From positions 160,001 to 224,000 of the forward strand of contig CAVYTU010000014.1 in the NCBI GenBank assembly GCA_963771465.1: a stretch of 64,000 nt of DNA, written 5' to 3'. Source of the stretch: an uncultured delta proteobacterium (GTDB taxonomy: Bacteria > Desulfobacterota > Binatia > UBA9968). Shown one piece after another: positions 1 to 10,899 of this stretch (positions are counted from its first letter, which is position 1; each line of letters opens with the position of its first letter). Below the pieces are notes generated by a model, which saw only the letters and a program-made list of their open reading frames with translations, had not been told where the DNA came from and did no database searches. A program made the position numbers and the translations under genes.

Positions 1-1202
1 TGACAGAATTCTTAATTTCGGCATCGTTGGTTTGGGGCGCGCGGCAACCTCTATGCTGCCGAGTCTGGTCAACCATCCGCAAGTTAAATTGATTGCCGCC
101 GCCGATTTGCGCGCCGAGGCGCTGGAAAAGTTCCGCGGCGAATTTGACGCCGAGGTCTACCGCGACGCCGAGGAGCTTTTTCGCAATCAGAACATCGACG
201 CCGTCTACATTGCCACACCGCACCAATGCCATGCCGAACATGTCATCATGGCGGCGACCTACGGCAAACACGCCATCGTCGAGAAGCCCATGGCGCTCAC
301 GCTCGCAGACTGCGATAACATGATCGCGGCCGTCGACCGCGCCGGCATCCGGCTTGTGGTCGGCCATACTCACTCCTTCGATCCCCCGATATTAAAAATT
401 CGCGAGATCGTCCGCAACGGCGAATTGGGCGGCTTCAAGATGATGCACACCTGGCGCTTTACCAACTTTCTCTACCGACCGCGCCGCCCCGAAGAGCTGG
501 ACACTAGTCTCGGCGGCGGCATTTTGTTCAATCAGGTGCCGCACCAGATCGACATGATCCGTTGGATCGGCGGCGGTCGAGTGCGTAGCGTGCGCTCGAT
601 GACCGGAGTTTGGGACTCATCGCGCCCAACCGAAGGCGCCCACGCAACTTTCTTGGAATTTGTCGACGGCGCCGCCGCGACCCTCGTTTATAATGCCTAC
701 GATCACTTCGACAGCGATGAATTGACCGGTTGGATCGGCGAGGGCGGCGAGCGCAAGCGACCCGATCGACAAGGCGAAGCGCGCCGCACTGCTAAGGGAA
801 GCAAAGAATTCCGCCGACGAAGCGAACCTCAAAGCCGCCACCGGATACGGTGGGCGCCAACAGCGCCGGGCCGCTGTTGGCGCTGTTGAACGCGAGCGTT
901 ACCATCCTCATTTCGGCGTCACGCTAGTGAGCTGTGAACACGGCGACCTTCGCCCACAGCCCAACGGCGTGTTCATTTACGATGATCATGGCAAGAGAGA
1001 AATTCCGGTGCCCTTGGGTCGAGCCGTGCCGGACAAAGGGAAAGTCGTCGATGAATTGTACGACGCGGTCGTCAACGACCGTCCCGTCCGTCATAACGGC
1101 CGCTGGGGTAAGGCAACGCTAGAAGCTTGCCTGGCGATTCAACAATCGGCCCGCGAGCGAAGAGAAATCATACTATCGCACCAAGTGCCGACCGGGGATT
1201 GA
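1..1202 (+). CDS. Gfo/Idh/MocA oxidoreductase (phthalate cis-dihydrodiol dehydrogenase-like); 5' end at or beyond the window edge; split by a frameshift near 785
   Basis: FGIVGLGRA Rossmann start, IATPH..H, VEKP motif and GGGILFNQVPHQID. After a one-base shift near 785 the frame reads LLREAKNSADE...YHPHFGVTLVSCEHGDLR and joins ORF 927-1202. Confidence 0.8.
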
Positions 1203-1263
1203 GCGACGCGAATGGAATTGCTGCGCCAAGCGCCCGCGATGTTGTGACCATTGTGGATCGACT

Positions 1264-1461
1264 GAAAGCCTCGCTGAATTCTACCGCACCTACGGCCAGA
1301 AACATTTGCAGAAAACGATCACCGCCGACCTGGATGGCGTCCGGCAACTATTGCGAACTCTGGGGAAAGAAGCCGCCGGCGCAAATGCCAGTCAATTCGT
1401 CGATCCGTCGTTGGTGCAGGAATTGGAGAAGGAAGGTTTGTTTCAGAGAAGAACCCGCTGA
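1264..1461 (+). pseudogene. C-terminal remnant of an NMT1/TauA-type ABC substrate-binding protein
   Basis: Manual translation ...DLDGVRQLLRTLGKEAAGANASQFVDPSLVQELEKEGLFQRRTR* resembles SBP C-termini; no start codon or N-terminal part is present. Confidence 0.55.
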
Positions 1462-1489
1462 CAATCAAGCTGGCGCGAGCGCGCCGACG

Positions 1490-1783
1490 TTATTCGCCAC
1501 CCTTTTTATTCTCAGGTTGGCTCGATTGAACTATCGAACCGCATTCGGGACATTGGAAACGGTCCTGGAGATATGCCTCAAAGCGAAGACCGGTATCCTG
1601 GCCAAAATATGGCGCGTGGCAGGTAATGAGTTGTCCGGTGAAGCTTATATCCTCAAGCAGTCCGCACTGTCGGCATTCAAGCAGTTCGCGATCATCCATG
1701 AACAATTCAAGATCTGACCGCCTTTGCCCGCAATGCGACAATGCGCGAGGCAATTTGGCGAATGTTGTACTGTATATGACTCA
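1490..1783 (-). CDS. Small Zn-ribbon protein with two CxxC pairs, probably frameshifted near 1718
   Basis: CRQC...CPEC motifs. An upstream ATG frame (MSHIQYNIRQIASRIVALRAKA) joins SDLELFMDDRELLEC if one G is removed. Confidence 0.5.
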
Positions 1784-1906
1784 TTTCACGTTTGGCTATA
1801 GTGCGTTTGCAGCAGACGTTGCAAGAGATTCGGCTACTCACAACTAGTTTCTACCTTCCACGATATCGAGCAACCGTTTCTTGGACAGCATGCCGTTGAG
1901 CGACAC

Positions 1907-2410
1907 TTACGCATCTACTCGTCCCATTTCCTTTCCGTCGTTGCACTTCCACTCGGCGAAGTGTCCCAATAACTGGTGAACGATCGTAGCGGTCGAAAGC
2001 GTTGGGCCACAAATTTGATAGTCTCCTCCCTGCGCTTTGATCAAAGTATTCAGGGCCGGATTTCGTCCGGATTCCATTCCCGCCGAGATGAAGTTTGATG
2101 GCACCAAGTATAATCCACGCCACACCCGAGCGATGAGTCCCGCTTTGCCAGTCCGCTGAGTAGCTTCCGCTCCTGTATTGCAGATAACTGTAGCGGCTTG
2201 GTAAGTTGACCAGTTCGTACTGTATGCAAGCCCCGCGGCGAAGCCAGAACCATGAAAAAGATCCCAGCTCGTATTGCGAAGACTGTCTTCGGTTTTGCTG
2301 CTGGGGATCAAAGCGCAATAAAATCCTAGGCTGTGATCTTTTTCGCTCGAACTCGAATAGACAGTAAAAAATTCAGTTATGCTAAAATCTCTTCTGATTT
2401 CAGCAAGCAC
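1907..2410 (-). CDS. Hypothetical protein in a lower-GC patch, possibly a gene fragment
   Basis: 167-aa ORF directly downstream of the hsdS remnant; no recognisable motif. Confidence 0.3.
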   Translation of the reverse strand: MLAEIRRDFSITEFFTVYSSSSEKDHSLGFYCALIPSSKTEDSLRNTSWDLFHGSGFAAGLAYSTNWSTYQAATVICNTGAEATQRTGKAGLIARVWRGLYLVPSNFISAGMESGRNPALNTLIKAQGGDYQICGPTLSTATIVHQLLGHFAEWKCNDGKEMGRVDA

Positions 2411-2620
2411 TTTCGTCTGTGATAGACGCTCCAGTTCGACCTTAATAGGACTAATAGTGGAATTTCTCCGCTCATCAGCCTAGGCAAAAGCAAGTCACGC
2501 ACAGCGCGGAGTTTATCGTTTTGGGCGCCTAGGTTGTCTTTCTGTGCAAACAATGGACTCACAAACTCATCAAAAATTGAAATCAACTTCTTCAGGAAAC
2601 GAGAATCTCTAACCGATGTA
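2377..2620 (-). pseudogene. hsdS: C-terminal remnant of a type I restriction-modification specificity subunit
   Basis: FDEFVSPLF..K..L..QN.KLRAVRDLLLPRLMSGEI is the conserved HsdS C-terminal helix; the rest of the gene and hsdM/hsdR are absent. Confidence 0.75.
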
Positions 2621-2769
2621 CTGCCTTTCGATCAAGGCTCGGAACTGACACGTCGCCATTGTACTGCTTAAGATCCATTTCGCTGAGTATTCGAGTGTTG
2701 GCTATTTAGCGCGGATCTTACGCGATGGCACGGCAAGCTGACAAGAGCGAGACTACAAGCACAACAAAC

Positions 2770-2803
2770 AAAAAACGGGGCGCGATGAATCGCGCCCCGT
2801 TTT
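2770..2803 (-). terminator. Intrinsic terminator downstream of etfA (possibly bidirectional)
   Basis: Perfect hairpin AAAACGGGGCGCGAT-ga-ATCGCGCCCCGTTTT with a U-tract on the minus strand. Confidence 0.85.
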
Positions 2804-2837
2804 ACTTTGAGTCTTTTACTACAGTTGAATGCCGAAC

Positions 2838-3806
2838 CTATGCGCCTTTGCGCTTCTTCAATTCTTCGATCAACTGCGGCACGACTTTGAAGAGGTCGCC
2901 GACCACGCCGAAGTCGGAGTATTGAAAGATCGGGGCTTCGGCGTCTTTGTTGATGGTGATGATGTATTTGGAAGTCTTCATGCCGGAGAGATGTTGCACG
3001 GCGCCGGAGATGCCGACGGCGAAATAAATATCCGGTTTTACGGTTTTGCCGGTCTGGCCGACCTGCATGGCGTAGGGCACCCAACCGGCATCGACCGCGG
3101 CGCGACTGGCGCCGACGGCGCCGCTGAGCACATCGGCGAGCTCTTTGAGCATGTTGAATTGCTCTTCGCCCTTGAGGCCGCGGCCGCCGGAGACGACGAT
3201 TTTGGCACCTTCGAGCGATGGCCCTTCGCGTTTGACGACGACGCGCTCTTTCAGGTGCACTTTGCGCAGGCCGTTGTCTGGCGGTGCGGCAACTTCTTCA
3301 AGCGCCAGCGGCTGTTCGTTGAGCTTGGGGTCGAAAGATTTCGGCCGCACGACGAGAAGCTTGGTTCCAGCATGGAGCAGCGTGCTGGTGTTTTGATAAC
3401 TCGCACCGAGCGCAGGAATGGTCGCTTCGACGCTGCCGTCTTTCAATTGGAAATCGCCGACGTCGGTGATCGCGCCGCAGTCGAGCCGCGCGCTCAAATT
3501 GGCGACCAGGTCGCGGCCCGAGTAACTCGACGCAAACAGCATCACCGCCGGTTGGTGTTTCTCAATCAAGCCGGCAACCGTTTCGGCAGCTGGTAAAGTG
3601 AGAAAATCTTTGTACGCCGCATCGGCCGAGCGGTAGATTTTGCTCGCGCCATGGTTGGCAAGCATCTGCGCCGCATCGTCCGGCGCGGGACCGAGCAAAA
3701 TGGCTTCGGCTTTGCCGACTTCCGCCGCCTTGGTGAGCATCTCCAAGCTGGTGGCGGTAATCCGATCGTCGTTAACTTCTGCGTATACCCAGATAGTGTC
3801 CGCCAC
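2838..3806 (-). CDS. etfA: Electron transfer flavoprotein alpha subunit
   Basis: [39 protein letters not shown] motifs. Confidence 0.96.
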   Translation of the reverse strand: MADTIWVYAEVNDDRITATSLEMLTKAAEVGKAEAILLGPAPDDAAQMLANHGASKIYRSADAAYKDFLTLPAAETVAGLIEKHQPAVMLFASSYSGRDLVANLSARLDCGAITDVGDFQLKDGSVEATIPALGASYQNTSTLLHAGTKLLVVRPKSFDPKLNEQPLALEEVAAPPDNGLRKVHLKERVVVKREGPSLEGAKIVVSGGRGLKGEEQFNMLKELADVLSGAVGASRAAVDAGWVPYAMQVGQTGKTVKPDIYFAVGISGAVQHLSGMKTSKYIITINKDAEAPIFQYSDFGVVGDLFKVVPQLIEELKKRKGA

Positions 3807-4586
3807 TTAGATCACCTTGATTTCAGCAAGAAAGTCCGCGATCTGCTTGCCGCCTTCCCCTTCGTCGGTCACTACCTTGCCGGCTTCGCGCTTGGCCGGC
3901 CGGCCGATGGTCAAAACTTTCTCGCGTGCGCCCTTTTCACCGACTTGATCCGGCGCGAAACCGAGATCCGCCGCGGTATAAACTTTGATCTCTTTTTTCT
4001 TCGCGCCCATGATGCCTTTGAGTTGCGGGTAGCGCGGCTCATTGATGCCGCTACTGCACGCCACCAGCGCCGGCAGTGTGGACTCGACGACATCGTAACC
4101 GGTTTCACTTTGTCGCTTGATGGCGACTTTATCGCCGTCGACGGTAATTTCTTTGGCAAACGTCAGTGGCGGGATACCCAACAGCTGGGCGATTTGACCG
4201 TGGACAATGCCGGAATAGCTGTCGCCGCTTTCGGTGGCGCATAACACGATATCGAATGGCTGCTTCTTGATCGCCGCGGCCAATAGCTTCGCGGTAGCCA
4301 GGGTATCGGAACCGGCGACGGCATCGTCGAAAATGTGTACCGCCGAGGTCGCGCCCATGGCCAGCGCGTTACGAATTCCTATAGTCGCGTCGCTGGTGCC
4401 CATCGTGATGAGCGTGAGCGTGCCGCCGTTTTTCTCCACGAGCCGCAGCCCTTCTTCCACGGCGCTCGCCGCCATGGGATCGAGCTCATGGGGCACACCC
4501 TTGCGCACCATGCGTTTGCTGTTGGCGTCGATCTCGATAATGACCGTGCTGGCGGGAATGACTTTGCCGCATACGACAACGTTCAA
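3807..4586 (-). CDS. etfB: Electron transfer flavoprotein beta subunit
   Basis: ALAMGA, SDTLATAK.LA, INEPRYP.LKGIMGAKKK; abuts etfA; TTG start. Confidence 0.95.
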   Translation of the reverse strand: MNVVVCGKVIPASTVIIEIDANSKRMVRKGVPHELDPMAASAVEEGLRLVEKNGGTLTLITMGTSDATIGIRNALAMGATSAVHIFDDAVAGSDTLATAKLLAAAIKKQPFDIVLCATESGDSYSGIVHGQIAQLLGIPPLTFAKEITVDGDKVAIKRQSETGYDVVESTLPALVACSSGINEPRYPQLKGIMGAKKKEIKVYTAADLGFAPDQVGEKGAREKVLTIGRPAKREAGKVVTDEGEGGKQIADFLAEIKVI

Positions 4587-4704
4587 GGTTTCACTCTCCC
4601 GTGCATGAAATTACCTGTTATCAATACGACAAAGGCGCCCTTGGGACAAGGCGCCTCTGGTCGCGAGACTGATTTGATTCGGTTAAATTTTGCTAATCAG
4701 CGGC

Positions 4705-4896
4705 TCAGGAAAGCCACTGCTTCACATCGCCTTCCATAACCACGTCGAGGATTTCCTTGCAGTCGGCGATCGCTTGGTCGACGATTTTCGGATCGTCCTT
4801 CAAATGCGGTATGCCGGCGCCCACCGCTTTCTTCAAGCCCTGAATGAATTCTTTGAACTGCTGATCCAATGCTTCGGTATTCGGTGCTGGTTCCAT
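4705..4896 (-). CDS. Small acidic hypothetical protein (63 aa)
   Basis: AGGAG RBS at 4901-4905 before the ATG at 4896; MEPAPNTEALDQQFKEFIQGLKKAVG...; lies between the PaaA-like gene and etfB on the same strand. Confidence 0.65.
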   Translation of the reverse strand: MEPAPNTEALDQQFKEFIQGLKKAVGAGIPHLKDDPKIVDQAIADCKEILDVVMEGDVKQWLS

Positions 4897-4958
4897 GGCA
4901 CTCCTTGCGCATCGTGGTTTCGCTTCTTGAAATACGGGCGAAACCAAAAACGGATTGG

Positions 4959-5681
4959 TTATGTGTAAAGCCGTCCCTTGTTGGGATCGGGGAGCGTGAG
5001 CCCCATCTTCAAGATCAAGGCATCGATTTCGTCTTTGTACTGTTGGCGCGCTTCTGAATTTGACCGCCGTTTGAGACCCCAATGCATGTAGCGCTCGGAA
5101 CGGTACGACTTGCTATTGCCGAACATGTCGAGTCCCTTAACGTACCAATAATTCACCGCTCTTTGCACTCTTTCCTTGAACTCCCCGCCTTTGGCGGCAA
5201 AATCAGCCGACGCGTTGGTGCCGAAGTCGAGGTGACCTTCTTCTTCACGGATGATGTCAGGGTCTTCGACCACGCGGGCAAGGGGCACATAGGTACAGTC
5301 GAGAAACTCCTCGAGTTGGAACCGGCCGACGCGATCGATCAAGAAACCGAAGACAGCGTAATCTTCCCAAGTTTTAATCTCGCCGCGAAACGCTTCCACG
5401 TAGCGTTCCTGGTTGGGCCGGCTGAGCGTGTAGGAAACATCGACGCCAACATCACCGGCCAAACGGGCCATTTTACGGAAATGATCCATCTCTTCAGCCG
5501 CCGTGCGGGCGACGATTAACTGATCCAACTTGGTGGGCGCCGACGGTAGGATATGCTTTACATAAAGATTCGGGCCGCCGATCTCACAATCCGCCTGGAT
5601 CGCCAACACCCGGCGAATCAAATCTTGGTATTCCGGATCCTGCTTTTCAAAATCTTTAAGTTCGACCTTGTCGGTAAACAT
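4959..5681 (-). CDS. Ferritin-like diiron protein of the PaaA/PaaC/BoxB ring-epoxidase family
   Basis: QADCE, EEMDH and EEEGH diiron ligands; QRAVNYWY..GLDMFG; WGLKRRSN as in PaaA. Confidence 0.8.
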   Translation of the reverse strand: MFTDKVELKDFEKQDPEYQDLIRRVLAIQADCEIGGPNLYVKHILPSAPTKLDQLIVARTAAEEMDHFRKMARLAGDVGVDVSYTLSRPNQERYVEAFRGEIKTWEDYAVFGFLIDRVGRFQLEEFLDCTYVPLARVVEDPDIIREEEGHLDFGTNASADFAAKGGEFKERVQRAVNYWYVKGLDMFGNSKSYRSERYMHWGLKRRSNSEARQQYKDEIDALILKMGLTLPDPNKGRLYT

Positions 5682-5835
5682 CGATGCCCTCCTGTTTGAT
5701 CCCTGATTAAGGCTAATGACTAATGAAAATTCTTAACAAAACCGCCCTGATAAATCAACCTGCGCGACTGCTGTAACCGGCTCGGTTAGCTTTCCGCTTG
5801 TCACTTGCGCGCCAGTCATTTAGCATCCGAGACCT

Positions 5836-7182
5836 ATGGCAAAAGTGGAAAACCTAACCCTGCTCACCGATCTCTACCAACTCACCATGGCACAAGCGTA
5901 CTTCCGCGAGCTGCGCATGGAACCGGCGACTTTCAGCCTGTTCATCCGCTCCTATCCCCCCAATCGCGGATATTTTGTCGCTGCCGGACTCAAGGACGTG
6001 CTCGACTACCTGCAAACCTTATCCTTCGATACCGACGCCCTCGAATACCTGGCGTCCCAAAACCTCTTCAGCGACGACTTCCTGAATTATCTCGGCGATC
6101 TCAAATTCACCGGCGATGTCTGGGCGATCCCGGAAGGCCGGATTTTTTTCGCCGACGAGCCAGTGCTGGAAATCACCGCGCCGATCATCGAAGCGCAATT
6201 GGTGGAGACTTTCGTCATCAATCAAATCCACCTGCAATCGCTGATCGCCACCAAGGCATCGCGCTGCGTCCACAGCGCGGCCGGACGGCCGGTGGTCGAC
6301 TTCGCGCTGCGGCGCACTCACGGCACCGATGCCGGCATGAAAGTCGCGCGCGCGAGCTATCTCGCCGGCTTTGCCGGAACCAGCAATGTCAAAGCCGGCC
6401 AGCAGTACGGCATTCCGCTGGTCGGCACCATGGCGCATTCTTTCGTCATGAGTTTCGAGCGCGAGATCGATGCCTTTCGCGCCTACGTTGCCAGCTTTCC
6501 GGAGCATGCGATCCTGCTCATCGATACCTACGAGACGCTCAGCGGCGCGAAGAATGCGGTTCAAGTCGCCAATGAAATGATCGCGCGCGGGCAAAACCTT
6601 ATCGCCGTGCGCATCGATAGCGGCGATCTTGCCGCGCAAGCGCGCGCCGTGCGCGCGATCTTCGACCAAGCCGATCTGCGAGAAGTAAAAATCATCGGCA
6701 GCGGCGGCTTGGACGAATTCGATTTAGCAGAATTCAGCGCAGCCAACGTGCCGTTCGACAGCTACGGCGTCGGCACCAAGATGGGCATGTCCGCGGACGC
6801 GCCGTGGACGGATATGTCGTACAAGCTGGTCGAATATCATGACCGTCCAGTGCTCAAGCGCAGCACCGGCAAGATTTCCTGGCCGGGGAGAAAACAGCTG
6901 TTTCGCTGGCATGACGGCACCGGACAGTTCGTCCGCGACGTGATCGCTCAGCGCGACGAGAAATTAAGCGGGGAAGCATTATTGAAGGAGGTCATGCAAG
7001 CGGGCAAACTTCGCGGCGACTCGCCATCGTTGATCGAGAGCAGAAAAGTCTTTGCGGAAGACTTCGCCGCACTACCCGTGAACCTAAAATTGATTCGCGA
7101 CCCAGCTCGCTACCCTGTCGAGTTCAGCGCCAAACTAAATGCGCTGCGCGAAGCCGTAATGCGAATGCTTGAGGGAAGTTGA
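5836..7182 (+). CDS. pncB: Nicotinate phosphoribosyltransferase
   Basis: LLTDLYQLTM, DFALRRTH, GTSNV, GTMAHS, LIDTY, VRIDSGD, GVGT. Confidence 0.95.
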   Translation: MAKVENLTLLTDLYQLTMAQAYFRELRMEPATFSLFIRSYPPNRGYFVAAGLKDVLDYLQTLSFDTDALEYLASQNLFSDDFLNYLGDLKFTGDVWAIPEGRIFFADEPVLEITAPIIEAQLVETFVINQIHLQSLIATKASRCVHSAAGRPVVDFALRRTHGTDAGMKVARASYLAGFAGTSNVKAGQQYGIPLVGTMAHSFVMSFEREIDAFRAYVASFPEHAILLIDTYETLSGAKNAVQVANEMIARGQNLIAVRIDSGDLAAQARAVRAIFDQADLREVKIIGSGGLDEFDLAEFSAANVPFDSYGVGTKMGMSADAPWTDMSYKLVEYHDRPVLKRSTGKISWPGRKQLFRWHDGTGQFVRDVIAQRDEKLSGEALLKEVMQAGKLRGDSPSLIESRKVFAEDFAALPVNLKLIRDPARYPVEFSAKLNALREAVMRMLEGS

Positions 7183-7197
7183 ATCGAAACTGCCCGG

Positions 7198-8190
7198 CTA
7201 GAACTTCACCACCGCGGCGCCCCAGGCGAAACCGGCGCCGAAAGCATTCAACAGTACGATATCGCCCGGTTTGATCCGGCCTTGGCGTTTGGCTTCGTCC
7301 AACGCAACCGGAATCGAAGCGGCCGACGTATTGCCGTACTTGTCGACATTGACCATCACGCGATCCATCGACACGCCGAGACGTTCGGCGAGCGCGACGA
7401 TGATGCGTTTGTTAGCCTGATGCGGAATCACCAATGCCACTTGATCGACGCTGACCCCCCCTTCGTCCAGGGCTTGGCGGCTGATCTCTTCCATCGAACG
7501 GACCGCGATCTTGAAAACCTCTTTACCGTTCATGGTGATGGTGTGTTCGTTATTGCGCACGGTTTCCGCTCGCGCCGGTTTGAGCGAACCGCCCGCCGGA
7601 ACATAGAGCTGCTTGACGTAAGAACCGTCGGTGCGAAGCTTCGTGCTTAAAATGCCCGAGCCGTTGTTCGACGCGCCGAGCACCACGGCGCCGGCGCCGT
7701 CGCCGAAGAGAATACAAGTGCCGCGATCCTGCCAATTGAGCATACGGCTCAACGCATCCGAGCCGACCACCAGGGCGTTGTTGACCTTGCCGCTGCGGAC
7801 ATACAAATCAGCCACCGATAACGCGTTGAGAAATCCCGCGCATGCCGCGCCGACATCGAACGAGAAAGCATGGCGCGCACCGAGCAGATCTTCCAACACG
7901 CACGCGGAGCTGGGAAAAGGATAGTCCGCGCTCACCGTTCCCATGATAATCGCTTCGAGATCTTTCGCCTCCATGCCGGCGTCCTTGAGCGCCCGCTTGG
8001 CGGCTTGATACGCCATATCGGCATTGCCTTTGCCCTCTTCCAATACGCGCCGTTCTTTGATGCCGGTGCGCACCGTGATCCATTCATCGCTGGTGTCGAC
8101 CATTTTCTCCAAGTCGCGATTGGTCACGACTTTGGACGGCAGCTCTGAACCCGTGCCGAGAATAACGCTTCGGCGCACGTGACCGCTCAT
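7198..8190 (-). CDS. fabH: 3-oxoacyl-ACP synthase III
   Basis: AACAGF (Cys), [13 protein letters not shown] (His), GNTSAAS (Asn). Confidence 0.96.
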   Translation of the reverse strand: MSGHVRRSVILGTGSELPSKVVTNRDLEKMVDTSDEWITVRTGIKERRVLEEGKGNADMAYQAAKRALKDAGMEAKDLEAIIMGTVSADYPFPSSACVLEDLLGARHAFSFDVGAACAGFLNALSVADLYVRSGKVNNALVVGSDALSRMLNWQDRGTCILFGDGAGAVVLGASNNGSGILSTKLRTDGSYVKQLYVPAGGSLKPARAETVRNNEHTITMNGKEVFKIAVRSMEEISRQALDEGGVSVDQVALVIPHQANKRIIVALAERLGVSMDRVMVNVDKYGNTSAASIPVALDEAKRQGRIKPGDIVLLNAFGAGFAWGAAVVKF

Positions 8191-9431
8191 TCAGCCCTCC
8201 GGAAAATCACGCAGCCGTTGGTGCCGCCGAAACCGAAGGAGTTGGAGAGCGCAACATTTATGTCAGCCTTGCGTGCTTTATTGGGAACATAATCGAGATC
8301 GCACGCGGGATCGGCATTTTCGTAGTTGATCGTCGGCGGCAACACGCCGTGATACAGCGCCAGCGCCGAGTAAACCCCTTCCACCGCGCCGGCCGCGCCG
8401 AGCAGATGACCGGTCATAGACTTGGTCGAGCTGACCGCCAACTTTGCCGCTTGCTCGCCAAATACCGCTTTGATCGCCGTGGTTTCGTTGGCGTCGTTGT
8501 ACTCAGTCGACGTGCCATGGGCGTTAATGTAATCGACCTCGCTGGGCGCGATACCCGCGTCTTTCAATGCCAATCGCATGCACCGTGCGGCCCCTTCTCC
8601 TTCCGGCGCCGGCGCCGTCATGTGGTACGCGTCGCCATTGGCCGCATAGCCGATCACTTCAGCATAAATTTTCACGCCCCGTTTGAGCGCGTGTTCGCGT
8701 TCTTCAAGGATGAGTATGCCGGAACCTTCGCCGATGACGAAGCCGTCGCGCTCCTTGTCAAAGGGCCGGCTCGCTCGCAACGGCTCATCGTTGCGCGTCG
8801 ACAACGCTTTCATCGCGGCGAAGCCGCCCACGGCGAGAGGCGTGATCGTCGATTCGGCGCCGCCGGCGATCACCGCATCTTGCAAACCGCTGCGAATCAT
8901 ATGAAACGATTCACCGATCGCATGGGTTCCCGAAGCGCACGCCGACGTCGGCGTGAAGTTTACGCCCTTGGCGCCGTAGCGAATCGCGACCTGGCCCGGC
9001 GCCAAATTGGAGATCAACTTTGGAATGAAGAACGGCGATATCTTGCGCGGTCCACCGGCCAGTAAGGCTTCCTTGGTCGTTTCTATGGTATCGATGCCGC
9101 ATAACCCCACGCCGATGATCACGCCCACCGACTCGGCGAATTCGTCTTCGATCTTAAGCCCGCTATCGGCCATCGCCATGGCAGCTGCGCCCATGGCGTA
9201 TTGGATGAAGAGATCCATTTTTTTGATTTCTTTGGGCTCGATAAAATCTTCCGGATTAAAGTCCGGCACCTCGCCGGCGATGCGCGAGGCGAAACTTTCA
9301 GCGGCGAATCGAGTAATGGCGCGGATACCTGAACGGCCGTCCATCAATGCTTGCCAGTTTTTCTCGACGCCGGTACCCAACGGTGAGACCGCACCCAGTC
9401 CCGTGACCACAACTCTGCGTTGCTCATTCAT
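8187..9431 (-). CDS. fabF: 3-oxoacyl-ACP synthase II
   Basis: [44 protein letters not shown]. Confidence 0.96.
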   Translation of the reverse strand: MNEQRRVVVTGLGAVSPLGTGVEKNWQALMDGRSGIRAITRFAAESFASRIAGEVPDFNPEDFIEPKEIKKMDLFIQYAMGAAAMAMADSGLKIEDEFAESVGVIIGVGLCGIDTIETTKEALLAGGPRKISPFFIPKLISNLAPGQVAIRYGAKGVNFTPTSACASGTHAIGESFHMIRSGLQDAVIAGGAESTITPLAVGGFAAMKALSTRNDEPLRASRPFDKERDGFVIGEGSGILILEEREHALKRGVKIYAEVIGYAANGDAYHMTAPAPEGEGAARCMRLALKDAGIAPSEVDYINAHGTSTEYNDANETTAIKAVFGEQAAKLAVSSTKSMTGHLLGAAGAVEGVYSALALYHGVLPPTINYENADPACDLDYVPNKARKADINVALSNSFGFGGTNGCVIFRRAE

Positions 9432-9506
9432 ATGCGCGTTTCGTAACCAACTTGTAGTGTATTAGTAATCTAAGATAATTGAGTCGTTGGAGAGGGTCAA
9501 TAGGAT

Positions 9507-10541
9507 TTAGGATAGTTGATACTTTTCATGCACTTGGTGGATGCGGCGGAGCAGCGCTTCAATGCGGCTCGCGGAAATATTCAATCTCTCATCGGCGCTC
9601 GTGACCGAGTTTTGCATGGCGTTTAGCACCGTGGCGACGGAATTTCTCAGCGCCATCAGATCGTAACCGCCTTCGAGCAAGAAAGCGATTCGCGCGCCGG
9701 CAAATTTGTCGGCGAGTCCGAGCAAGCGTTTCGCCATCGCGCCAAAGCCCTTTTCGGTGACGTCCATCCCGCCGAGAGGATCGCGCCGGTGCGGATCGAA
9801 ACCGGCGGAAACGAGTATCCAATCGGGGGCGAAGCGCGCGGCGGCCGGCACGACGACTTCTTGAAAAACTTCGAGATACTCAGCGTCCGCGCACCCCGCG
9901 GGGAGCGGGATATTGATGGTAAACCCTTCGCCGGCGTCGGCGCCGGTTTCAGTGATTGCGCCGCTGCCGGGATAATAAGGATATTGATGCGTCGAGATGA
10001 ATAGCACTGACGGATCGTCATAGAACGCATCCTGCGTGCCGTTGCCGTGGTGCACATCCCAGTCCATGATCATGATTTTTTTGGCGCCGTGGACTCGTTT
10101 TAGATATTCGGCACCGATCGCCATGGTGTTGAACAGACAAAAACCCATCGCCCGATGGCGCAGCGCGTGATGGCCCGGCGGCCGCACCAAGGCAAAGCCG
10201 TTGGCGATTTCCTTGGCGGCAATGGCGTCGATTAAATTGAGAAACCCGCCGACGGCTAAGACGCTAACCGCGAAGGAGTCGCGGCAAGTAATCGTGTCGC
10301 CGTCGAGCGCGTAGCCGTTGTGCGCCGCAGTCGCGGCGATCAATCGGACGTATTCTTTTCCGTGGGTCGCTTCGATGTCGGCACGGTTCGCCGGCTTGGG
10401 GGCGAGCAGTTGGAACTGACCGCGGTCGAGTTCGTCGGCTAGATCGAGCAGCACTTTCACCCGCTCCGGACGCTCCGGATGCGATTCACCGGGCTGGTGT
10501 TTGAGAAATTCTTTGTCGACCACCACAGCGGTTTTGGCCAT
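9507..10541 (-). CDS. Histone deacetylase family (AcuC/acetylpolyamine amidohydrolase-like) Zn hydrolase
   Basis: HPERPER, RPPGHHA, GFCLFN, DWDVHHGNGTQ, SAGFD, LEGGY. Confidence 0.93.
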   Translation of the reverse strand: MAKTAVVVDKEFLKHQPGESHPERPERVKVLLDLADELDRGQFQLLAPKPANRADIEATHGKEYVRLIAATAAHNGYALDGDTITCRDSFAVSVLAVGGFLNLIDAIAAKEIANGFALVRPPGHHALRHRAMGFCLFNTMAIGAEYLKRVHGAKKIMIMDWDVHHGNGTQDAFYDDPSVLFISTHQYPYYPGSGAITETGADAGEGFTINIPLPAGCADAEYLEVFQEVVVPAAARFAPDWILVSAGFDPHRRDPLGGMDVTEKGFGAMAKRLLGLADKFAGARIAFLLEGGYDLMALRNSVATVLNAMQNSVTSADERLNISASRIEALLRRIHQVHEKYQLS

Positions 10542-10626
10542 GCGGAAAACCTAACATCTAAGCGGCGGCCCTGCAAAGCGATCGTGGAAACTTGCCAAGG
10601 CCGGTGAAATCGCCTAATTTGTTTTC

Positions 10627-10899
10627 ATGTTTGGCATCGGCATGCCGGAATTGCTGCTGATCTTGGGACTTGCGCTGATCGTCCTGGGGCCGAAGAAATT
10701 ACCGGAACTCGCTAAAGCTTTAGGCAAAGGCTTGTCGGAGTTTCGCCGCGCCACCGACGAACTCAAAGATGAGTTTCGTAAGATGGAGAATGAGGTCGAG
10801 GACGCTAAAACAAAAGCCATGGTCAGCGACGACCCGCCACTGGAAAAGCCGGCTGAATCGGACAGCGCCAATCCTGAACCTGCCCCAGAAAAAAAGTGA
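10627..10899 (+). CDS. tatB: Twin-arginine translocase TatA/TatB subunit
   Basis: [35 protein letters not shown]; upstream of tatC. Confidence 0.85.
   Translation: MFGIGMPELLLILGLALIVLGPKKLPELAKALGKGLSEFRRATDELKDEFRKMENEVEDAKTKAMVSDDPPLEKPAESDSANPEPAPEKK

Noticed and set aside
1127-1717. 196-aa plus-strand ORF
   Set aside because: It spans an SBP remnant in another frame and the antisense of the Zn-ribbon gene, and has no coherent protein features.
2829-3596. Long antisense and alternate-frame ORFs (for example 2829-3596, 13116-13967, 14597-15439, 36164-36967, 51803-52579)
   Set aside because: These are shadow ORFs of well-supported genes in GC-rich DNA, with no motifs of their own.
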